From Macrostomum lignano (Eukaryota), in the NCBI GenBank assembly GCA_002269645.1, contig NIVC01003218.1, positions 46,356 to 110,355 of the forward strand: a stretch of 64,000 nt of DNA, read 5' to 3'. The notes beneath the pieces are model-generated. The model did not search any database. It was not told the DNA's origin and saw only the letters and a program-made list of their open reading frames with translations. The translations under genes were made by a program, and so were the position numbers. This document shows, piece by piece, positions 52,101-64,000 of this stretch. Numbering within the stretch: position 1 is the stretch's first letter; every line of letters starts with the position of its first letter.

Positions 52101-55100
52101 GTCAGGCTGCCGCGGTACGAGCTCTGTTATCCAACGTACCCCCATCCCCGCGTCCGTAATGAGACCAGCGCGTCCCAGTCGCAGGACCCAATCTTTTCCC
52201 CTGCCTTATTGCTATTTCTCCTCACTAGGGGAAGTTCGAGTTCTTTCCGCTGCGTTCATGCAGAGGTGCTTTGTCATTCTTGAATAGAGAAACTGCTGCG
52301 TCCTCACAGGAGTCTGCGCTGCGCCGTTCCACAGGCTGGTCGGGTGCATGGACCGCCAAGAAATGTCCGAATTAGGTAAAAATATCAACTTGTGAATCAG
52401 CTTCTTCATTATCCATTATTTCTAATTCTGCCTCTGATTCATTCAAGATAAATTCAGCTAAAGAGTTGGCTGTGAAGTCCAAGTTTAATAAGTAAAAGGT
52501 GGAAGCGGATTTCATTCAGTCCGGAAGTGGTCAGGCTTTACATATCGACAAAGAAATCTGCAATCCGATAAGGCCTTTTTATCCAATCTCGCCGCTTCCT
52601 GATCTTTTGCTTCGTCTTTTTGAGCAGCAACCCAACAGACATGCTTTATTCTTGAACCTAGAGGCTAGAGCTTACTTTTCAGTTTTGTCAAAGATAGATT
52701 AAAACAAATTATCTCAAGTTTATGACTGAAATTGGCACAGGACATCCGTTTCAACTGAAATTTTTCAAGCAGAGAGACCGACTGCGACTCGTACAAGCTG
52801 ACTAATTGCAGAACTATAAATTTCGCAACGAATAAGCTTAGAATTAGTCAGTCAGTCAGTCAGTCAGTCAGTCAGTCAGTCAGTCAGTCAGTCAGTCAGT
52901 CAGTCAGTCAGTCAGTCAGTCAGTCAGTCAGTCAGTCAGTCAGTCAGTCAGTCAGTCAGTCAGTCAGTCAGTCAGTCAGTCAGTCACCCACTCACTCAAG
53001 TCAGTCAGTCAGTCAGTCAGTCAGTCAGTCAGTCAGTCAGTCAGTCAGTCAGTCAGTCAGTCACCATCCAGGTTTACCCAAAAACCCAACGCGCAGGAAG
53101 TTGCAATGCTTGAGGTCCCCTTTCAGTGCCAAAACAAAGCAATGAATTCGCGCTGGGCGAAATTGCATTAATCAAAAGTTTGCAGCCAACAGTCCAGGGT
53201 TGAAAAGCGTCTTCCTACCCCGAATTTGCATGCAAATTAGGCCTCTTAGAAAGTGGAATCAATCAATCAGGAAATGCGGAACCGGTCTCGGGCGGCCCGA
53301 GCCTCAATGGGGCAACCCTTGTCAAAGGTGAGTGCCCCCGTCTGGGGGGTCAGACCTCCGGGGGGGATGCAAATTTCTCGAAATCTCAAGTAGACGCGCG
53401 ACTCAGCCATGTGAAGAGCCGATTAGCAAAAAAATAGCTTTTTTGGAAAAAAAAATTTGGAAAGCTCCTCAAATCGACAAAAAAAGTTTTTTATAATAAC
53501 TGTTTATTGCAAATAATTCTCCAATGCACAGTAAAAAGGGGTTCTGGTCCTATAGATTCGATTCCTTAGTAAGTTCAGCATTCAGTTGGGGTTCGTGCAA
53601 CGTACATTGCTTTTGCGCTTGTCGAGGACCAACCCCTCCACAGTCACATCTGCCGAAAGTCAGGGCCGCTGTATGTTTTAATTTGGAGAAAATAGGCACA
53701 ACTTCATGTTTTGAGCTATAGGGATGAGTCAGGACTTCGATCAGAGATCCCGCACCGACCTGGCAACTAATTCAGTGTCGCATGCAGGAAAATGTTTTTC
53801 CAGTCGACTGTAACAGCCAAAATTTATCTTTAGCTGAAGCCTGATTTCTGTGAAAAGTTAATTTCCCTATTCCTTTATCTTACTTCCGAATATCGAAGCC
53901 ACGAGGTAATCGATTTCAAGAGTATTTCTTCTTTATGTACGCTCATATTAGTACACTATGAACTTTAATAGAATTAGGCGGGTTCGTTTATTATTTAAAA
54001 TCGAGGACTGATGTCTTGCGCCTCTGCTCAGATAATTTCTGCCAGCTGTAGATGCGAAAAATGTAATTATGAATTATGGAACAGCCTGGGATTCTACGCC
54101 TAACAACACCTTTCCCAGTGCGCAAAATTATTCCCATAGCAACGGCTCTCGAATCCGATCGACGCCCCTTGTCTGAGTGAATAGCGAGCAGTGCCTAATT
54201 CTGACACTTTTTAATTTAATCATATTTATCTTTCAATTCATAGTACTCAAGGAGAAGGTATGCAGCAGTGTACGTGCCTGTGCATGCTGCTCAGTCAAGC
54301 CAAACTCTGCCTCACGACATCTGCACTGCTCTTGGCCACTGACAAAAACACTTACTGTGGAGCATGAGCACTGCTTGATGATGTCGAAGGGAGCAAGATT
54401 CGGCAATTTGATTAGGCAAGCTTGCAGAAATCCGTAGGAAGGATCCATCTTGCTTTGAAGGATCCTAATGGCCTGTCAGACACTCACCCATCACCCTCTT
54501 TTGATGCCGGTTGCTTTCGTGACTCCAGTGTTGTGATTTCGCTTACCAACTCATAGGGGAATTCAAAGATTGGCGCCTCAAATTACAATTTTGCGCCTTT
54601 TTCTCTCATCGATTTATGCATCGCTGGAGTGGGATTCGCAGAGCAGTAACTTCTTTTTTTGTACGCAGGCTAGCATGTGTTCCCTGTAGTAAAAAGGCCT
54701 AAAAAAACCCCTTTTATTCCCCTGCCGCAGGAATGCTCCATTTTCATTTTCGACAAGAAGATAGCCGAGAAGCTGCACAAGCCCAAGCGCAAGGAGACCG
54801 TGTCCGAGGTGCTTCGGCGCGAGATTCGCTACCTGGAACGTTTCAAGCATCCGAAGCTGTTGCAGATCTGGCACCCAGTCGAAGAGTGCAAGTGAGAGTT
54901 TTCTCTTCATCTATGGCTGTAAAAACAGTTTAGGACTGCGAGTTCGCCCCTAGCAGAGAGATAAGCAGAGCTTGCGTCACCCGCCTTGCAGCGTGGACCT
55001 TTAACAAGGGACAAATTAGGCTAAGCTCCAATTCACCTGCTGTGATTGAGCAGCAGCTCTGAGCTCCAGTACACCCTGCTGTGATTGGGCAGCAGCTCTG

Positions 55101-58100
55101 AGCTCCAATTCAACTGCTGTGATTGGGCAGCAGCTCTGAGCTCCAGTACACCCTGCTGTGATTGGGCAGCAGCTCTGAGCTCCAGTACACCCTGCTGCTG
55201 TGATTGGGCAGCAGCTCTGAGCTCCAGTACACCCTGCTGCTGTGATTGGGCAGCAGCTCTGAGCTCCAGTACACCCTGCTGCTGTGATTGGGCAGCAGCT
55301 CTGAGCTCCAGTATACCCTGCTACTGTGATTGGGCAGCAGCTCTGAGCTCCAGTACACCCTGCTGCTGTGATTGGGCAGCAGCTCTGAGCTCCAGTATAC
55401 CCTGCTACTGTGATTGGGCAGCAGCTCTGAGCTCCAGTACACCCTGCTGCTGTGATTGGGCAGCAGCTCTGAGCTCCAATTCACCTGCTGTGATTAGGCG
55501 GCAGCTGTAAGATACTTAAGATGAGGGTATTAGATGAAATGCCAAGTCAATTTTTCGTCAGATTTTTTTCACAATAGCTGCAAGAACTGAAGAAACCAAT
55601 TAAGAAACAAAAAAAGCTATTATTCGTTAGTTTAGAAAGTTTTGACTTTGGAAGTCCCTGATCTGCTTTTGTCCCGAGAAAAACGAAAATTTCTCTGCTT
55701 CGTAGTCTATTTTTTGCTGCCATGTTTTCTACGAAACGAGGACGTTGTCCGTCCTTTTACGTATGCCGTCCTACTCGCTGTAGGACGTGACTAAAGCGGC
55801 GGAAATTTGGCAATGTGGTTTTTTGTGCTCTTTGATTACAGCGAAAACCTGGCCTTTGCCACCGAGCCAGTGTGGGGCAGCCTGGCCAACTTCCTGGGCA
55901 ATCACGAGAGAATTGCGCAGCCCGTGCCATCCGAGCTCAAGGTTGGAATCTCAAAATGCTGCTCAACTGCAATCTGTTTTTGTTACAATAAACTCAGCTC
56001 TCAATGTTTTTTTCAGGAGGGCTTCACCGATTTGGAAATTAAGCATGGGATTCATCAGGTGAGCTGGCAGATGAACATATCAAATATAACCTATTTACAG
56101 ATCTCATGTCCCAAGAAAAACTGTTTATTAAACAGGTGAACGAAGCCCTGAAGTACTTGCACAGCACACAGAAGGTGATACACGGCAACCTGAACCTGGG
56201 CTCCGTTCTCATCACTAAGCGAGGATGCTGGAAGCTCTCCGGCCTTGGCTTCGTGGAGAAGTCCAGCTCGTCCCACGTGAGCGCATATGACACATGGCTT
56301 GGATGAAGCTTGCATCCCTGATCCGGATGGATTTCAAGCTTTCAGATTAGCTGGGATGTCAGCTTGTTTCCATACTTGTGCAAGCATAGCGATAAGTCCA
56401 AAAATATGGGAATTAGAAACCCCTAATTCAGACCAGAGGGTAACAGAAATCAATAAATCCCGGTCTTAGACTCGCAGGATTAACGGCTGGCCAGGTAGGC
56501 AAATATAAATTTATTCCCAGACCTTGCTAACTTTACCCCGGATAAGCTTGGCTGGCAAGCGCGGGAGCAGTGCATTAGCCATGAAGGTGCTCAGCTTAGA
56601 TCCTCCATCAATCTCCCCCGGTGGCTGTGGCAACGGCATGCATGAGAATTCGGGCTTCCTCTGTGATTGATCCCGCCCCCATCTGTTCCACAATATCAGG
56701 CTGAGTCAATGCGCACCGGCAAAGGCCAAATTGCAGTCAATTTTTCTGCCCACTTGGTAGCAGTTTAATAGAGGCTTTCGGTATTCTCTAATTGAAGGTA
56801 TTGCAAACCCAGTTTTCTTGAAGTCTCAATATCACTTATTTTGGCTTCTGCTTATTGAGACGTGAGACAAGTCAGTCGGCTCTGTAGGTGAATGAAATAA
56901 ACTAGATTAGTTTTCTTCAGATATCGTGTTTTAAAAGTTATCCCGTAGTTGTAGTTTTCTAAACTGTGGATTGTACCGTAGTTTTGAGAAATTGGCAATA
57001 ACCGTAATTACTACGAGTAGAATTCAGTTCTTTTTTAAAGGTGTGTGTGCCTCATTCCAGTCCCTACAAAAGTTGTCTAATGACCCAGATTTTAAAATTT
57101 CTTCTTCTGTCTATCTACATGTAAAAATCATTATTTAAAAACTTGGCTGAAAGGAACTTTACTGATCAACCTGAACCTCTCTCGGTACCTGTGGTAGCAC
57201 GGTTGTGCAATTCAATGTCAGTTTATCCAACTCTTCTCGGCTTTAGCGATTGTCATGCGCGGTCGAGCAGTCAGGTCAAATTTGAGCTAAAAGGCGTATT
57301 GAGCTGCAAATTGGCCAGCTCAGTTCTGTCGGGAACCCAGCTCGGGTAATCAGTCGAGAGCGGCGGTCCCGGGCCCAAAATTGATTAGCGCTGCCGACCT
57401 CTTTGAGCACGGAGAGCTCAGTGCGACGAGTTTCGTGACTAATTTTACGCGCTCCTTTGTGTTTGGCGCCATTTTGCACAGCGGAACACAGGGGAAGAAG
57501 ACTCTCTCTGAGCACAGGCAGTCAACATGGAATCTGTGAGGCCTGGGATTATTACCTGCTCAGGTAATCATCAGTTGGCACTCGCTACATCACTCTTTTT
57601 CGCGCTGTGGCCAGAGCAGCTCTGCTAAAGTCCCAGTCCTGGCTCAGCAGTCAGTTGACCTCCGGCTTGGCTAGCCAAATCAGGGAAGCAAGAAGCCTGC
57701 AATCAATCTTTCGATAAATGATACTTCTATCCGCGCTCATCTCTCACTGTCCTTCCTCCATCCGCGCATGGGACCACCAGGCTTGAGCTAATTGTAGACA
57801 CTGTGATGGGGAAATGTCAGAATATATCGAATGCTAAAGTCTAGTGTGTGAAAATAATTATTGGTAGTTTTGACCCAAGCGCCCAAGCATTCGCACGACC
57901 CAGAACTCCATTGTAACAAATTTCAACCAAGATGCCAAGGCTGCCAGGCACAAAAGATTTTCAGATAAACCCCTCTGCAGTTATGAGAAGGCCAACATCC
58001 TTTTATACATGCCTGACAATGAGAATGTCTCAAGTTCTCAAGATGTGTGCTCAAGGGTCAGCGGTAGGGGCAGCGGGTGGACTGTCACCTTGACTTGCGG

Positions 58101-61100
58101 CAGTGCCCGAAGCCGCGTGCAAATATCTACGAATAGCTTAAGCTAAAAGACTTATAGCCATCTGTGGTCAAGGCTCGTAATCAGACTGCAATGCCATGTT
58201 TGTCAACTGCGAAATTCACTCGCCTCTGCAGGACTCGTTCAACTTCACCCAGTGGACTCCGAAGCTACCGAAGATGGCGCAGCCCGATCTGGACTTCATG
58301 GCACCGGACCTGCAGATCCACGGCAAGGCCACTCAGGCCTGCGACATTTTTTCTCTGGGCCTGGTGATTCACGCTGTTTTTAACGGTGGCGTCAGTCTAC
58401 TGGACGCCCGGCGCAGCTGCCAGCAGTACCACCGGAGGGTGGAGGAGGTCAGTGAGCGAGTACTTAATGCAGGAAATGGAAATTTTGGACAACTGAAGTT
58501 GAAGGACGGTGCACTCATTTTTCCTAAAGGAACGTACGATTTGCCGTATCGCCAGTGTATTTAGTATGCTGTAGAGATTGCATAGAGCTGAATCGGGTTT
58601 TGCAATACTAATTGCCCTGGCGATACTCCAAATATACGTTCTTTACCAACCCCCAGCTCATTTCGAAGAAGAAACGAGTATACCATCCTTCTACTTCAGC
58701 TGTCCATGGAACAAGCTCAAATAGTTTTGCTACCGTTCAAAATAGAAATCGTGTAAAGTGGCTCGCTTGGCAAGTAAAATAAAGAGAAAGCCGAAAATCA
58801 ACATGTAGGTTGTTACGACACGTTTCGCACACCAATTGGTGCATCGTCAGGTACGAGCGTATATTGTTTGAAACGAAAGGTGTGAGCAAAGCGAATTTAT
58901 ATTTTTTTGTCAATGAAACAAATGAAACTATGTTGGAGTTGCGTATTAAGGGTTGGCGACTGGTTTTTTATGTACAAGGCTTCTACGAGCTAAGATCTTG
59001 AACTTGTGATCAGATGGGCATTGGTCGATGATTTTAAAGCGCTATATACCTGACGATGCACCTTGGTGTGCAAAACGCGTCGTAACAACCTACATCTTGA
59101 TTTTCGGCTTTCTCTTTATTTTGCTACCGTTGCATTTGCAATTTTTTAGCTTTTTTTCTGATGAGTGAAGCAATTTTTAGTACAAAGTGCTTACACGATC
59201 AAGTCCTGATTAATGTTCGCGAATTAATTATCAGCTGCTCTCCTTGCGGCGAAAACTTTCTTTGTGCTCAGAAATTTCATCATTTCCCGTGGGAGAGGCA
59301 AAACAGTAAATAAGAGTTTTGCAATTCGAAGAGGGACTTCAGTGTTGCCAGCGAAGGCAAACTTTGCCACAGCTTCAATTCGGTAACTCTGGGCTTTGAA
59401 ACTTACTGTTTCGCACTCCTCGACCCTTCACATGGTAATTCTAAATCCGATTCTCTCGAGTGCTTCGCCGTCTGCCCGGAGTGTTTTTGAAATATTGCCT
59501 CACCTGCCGGCAGTCTGGCCTCGCCTCTCCCTGTCCCACATCCTCAACCAGGATGTGTCGCGCTTGCTCCAAGGATAATCCCTTCTCCGCAGCAGCGCAT
59601 TACCCACTCCTTCCTTTGCTTGTTTCCCCGCAAAAAAAGTGTGATGAATTTCGGCTGAGCAAGGAGCTTAAATCTACGGTTGCTGTGCGCTCTGTCGTGA
59701 CAGGAAATCTTTCCTGCTTTCTCTCAGACGTCCATCCGACAATGTTTTTTGTCTGCAATCTCAGAGACCTGGGGGAATCAGGTTACCTAGCGGTGATGGA
59801 TGGCCGAACTGTTTCGCAGATTTCATGCGTGCATTTCTATTTGCAGCTGCCGGTAAACCTGCCAAAGGCGCTCACCCAGCTGCCTTGCGAGCTCAGCGAC
59901 CTGCTAGAGAAGATGCTGGACCGGGATCCCAAGCACCGACCATCTGCTCAGCTGCTGAGCATGGTGAGCACTCATTAAGAATGCATGCATGAAAAAATCT
60001 ATCATAATTTGCTGAATTGTCTCCAACCCCCGTCAGAACAAGTACTTCCAGGACCCGCTGCTGCTAGCGCTGGAGGGCCTGACAACGTGCGAGGCGAAGA
60101 GCATGGAGCAGAAGAAAGAGTTCTTCGGCCTGCTCATGCAGACAATGATGAGGGAGCAGTTCCCGAAGGTACGCAAACTCATTGCAGTGGCTAAGCAGAT
60201 TATATTGTGGAGTTGAGGGTCGCATGTGGCTTATTCTATAAGACTCAGATGCGACACGTTCGGATTCACTTTTCTGAGGGAGATGAAGCAGCACCTTTAA
60301 TCCCAGCCAGATCGCCTTTACCGCGGCTCAGCGCCTGTCAGATCAAATTTAAATAAAGTATTTTATGCAGCCCGTTTCGAGCTGAGCAACATCAAAGCAG
60401 CCGGCAGAACAGAGGCAGGAAAATATGCATTGCAACCATTCTGTGCTAGTTGCAGTTTGTAAGGCTCAGCAAAGTTGTGCCCGCCCTAATCTTTAATTGA
60501 AATTTTGAGTGCAATCAGCCACAGGTTGCTCAATTTTCTATTGCAGAGCCCCAGTACCTCTAAGGGAATTAGTTTTAGAGAAGAGTTCCAAGTTTCAATT
60601 TGGACATTTGAATTGATTTCCAGATAAGGATGATAGCAACTTCTCCCATATACTCGAAGCAATAAAGGCAAAGTTGGTACCAAAATTTCTAGATTTCATT
60701 ACATGGCCACTACACTCACTGGACTTGACACCCTCTTGCCGATCCTAGTTCGATCAGCTCAAAAGTCCCAACCTTTAAGAAATCCCCAGCCATCGCATGT
60801 TTAGCAGCCTTATAAAAAAATCCGTAGTGTCATATTTCCCGAAGGACAAAAATGAATTGCTGGCTTAAAATATCACTAGACGAGGAGGTCATGCACGGTG
60901 TGAGTCTTGTAAAAGTACACGTCAATTCCATTTTATGTTTACAAGTAACAAAGTGAATTCAGATGAGGAAGTTGCAAACCGGTTGCAGTCATTAATGGCA
61001 GGGCAATTATCTGTGAGAAGTGGCTCACCCCGAGTTAAGCAAACAATGTTAAACAAATTGCTGGCAAGAGAAAACACGCCCGATCCTCTTCTGCGCGACA

Positions 61101-61472
61101 AGTTAGCTTGGATGCTGGGGTGAGACCTGGTGGACCTGAATAGGAAAAGAAGGCGTTGCGAACAGTCCCTAGGAGAGAAATAACGGACGTTTGGACAAAA
61201 ACTGATTAACGGTTTGCTTGGAAAGTATGGCAGAGTGATGATGAGGTGCAGATGCCAAACAAAGCTGGTTTGAAGGAAATTGGCACTTGCAGAGCATCCT
61301 GTTCAAGCGAGTCTGTCCGCTGATCGCGGAGAATCTGCAAGTGGCGGCCGACCTGACGCCCTACGTGCTGCCTTGCCTGCTGCGGGCGGCCATGCAGTCC
61401 GGGCTGGAGGAGTTCCGCCTGCACCTGCGGGAGCCTCTGCTGGCCGTACTGCGGCGACCGAAGACTGCGCAG
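49189..61472 (+). CDS. SCYL2: SCY1-like protein 2 (SCYL2/CVAK104)-like pseudokinase; continues beyond the window
   Basis: Exons 49189-49359, 54731-54891, 55842-55941, 56017-56058, 56136-56276, 58232-58447, 59847-59963, 60037-60168, 61293-61472, all phase-consistent. Motifs: SNPICKLF, IFIFDKK, KHPKLLQIWHPVEE, LAFATEPVWGSLAN, IHGN, WKLSGLGF, PDLDFMAPD, CDIFSLG..AVFNGG, YFQDP, LTPYVLP. Confidence 0.9.
49425..49550 (-). mobile_element. Dispersed repeat family, copy d (most complete)
   Basis: Its reverse complement joins the segments seen at 29895-29962 and 29280-29400/18200-18295. Confidence 0.6.
51341..51540. mobile_element. ~200-bp MITE with ~20-bp TIRs and AT flanks (possibly ISL2EU/PIF-Harbinger-related)
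   Basis: AT-GGGGCCGTATGCAGAAAGCT ... AGCTTTCTGCATACCGCCCC-AT (1 mismatch); internal CTAG-rich palindromes. Confidence 0.75.
52846..53063. repeat. (AGTC)n microsatellite
   Basis: About 50 copies, with one interruption near 52987. Confidence 0.97.
55045..55506. repeat. 39/42-bp minisatellite (TGATTGGGCAGCAGCTCTGAGCTCCAGTACACCCTGCTGCTG)
   Basis: About 11 units in SCYL2 intron 2. Confidence 0.95.
58776..59122. mobile_element. ~350-bp foldback/MITE-like element with ~77-bp inverted arms
   Basis: 58776-58853 is the near-perfect reverse complement of 59047-59122 (a few mismatches and one 2-nt indel). No clear TSD. Confidence 0.72.
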
Positions 61473-61567
61473 GTGAGAGGGATGATTCTCAAGGCTGAGA
61501 ATTTTATGATCACTGGTGGTTAAAGAAAACATAAAAAATTATTCGCTTCAAAATGCTTACGAAATAT

Positions 61568-63702
<2,135 letters not shown>

Positions 63703-64000
63703 CCATCATGGGTTTGACTCGAGTTCTTCTAGCAGAGTAGAAACTAAAACTCGAACTCTTCATTCTTCTAAGCTTCAAAGCATCGTCTCAGTCCAAAAGT
63801 CCCTCAAAGCTTTCCCGGAGTTCTCTTCGTTCAACAGATGAGTCCTGACGACCTATCCAATCCCTCCCGCCTTTACAATACACTCTTCATCATCCTCTCC
63901 TCCATCCTGCAGCCTCTCCTTGGAATCTTTTTGATCCCCGTTTTCCTCATTCTCTTCTGTCAGCGCGTCTCCGTCCCTTTCCAGTTCTTATCAGCCTGAC

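Noticed and set aside
51854-52300. GC-rich island with ORFs in SCYL2 intron 1 (similar islands at 15140-15440 and 28300-28560)
   Set aside because: No recognisable domain, no consistent splice sites and no phase fit to neighbouring genes; possibly TE fragments.

Overview
Eukaryotic (metazoan) genomic DNA with spliceosomal introns, GC-rich exons and introns packed with mini- and microsatellites. The style suggests a free-living flatworm such as Macrostomum (inference only). Genes rebuilt by hand from splice sites and family motifs: (1) HUNK-like AMPK-related kinase (-, 6861 to at least 2208); (2) divergent DEG/ENaC channel subunit (+, 7922-12829, about 590 aa) with PG in place of the HG motif and GWS in place of GAS/GSS; (3) small secreted Ly6/uPAR-like protein with only 6 Cys (-, 16949-16620); (4) tandem-DCX + HELP + WD40 protein (DCX-EMAP architecture; +, about 20139/22607-30438) with several apparent 1-nt deletions in its 3' half; (5) a tandem cluster of four IkB/Bcl-3-like ankyrin-repeat paralogs (32887-47340: two intact, two degenerate, one interrupted by an LTR-less Gypsy pol fragment); (6) SCYL2-like pseudokinase (+, 49189 to at least 61472, continuing past the window). 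TE remnants include a Tc1/IS630-like transposase, a DIRS/Ngaro-type RT, a MITE with AT flanks, a foldback element, tRNA-derived heads and an unnamed dispersed repeat. About 20 tandem-repeat arrays explain nearly all the long spurious ORFs. No CRISPR, rRNA or intact tRNA was found. The most interesting candidates are the ankyrin cluster, the atypical-pore DEG/ENaC and the DCX-EMAP-like gene.
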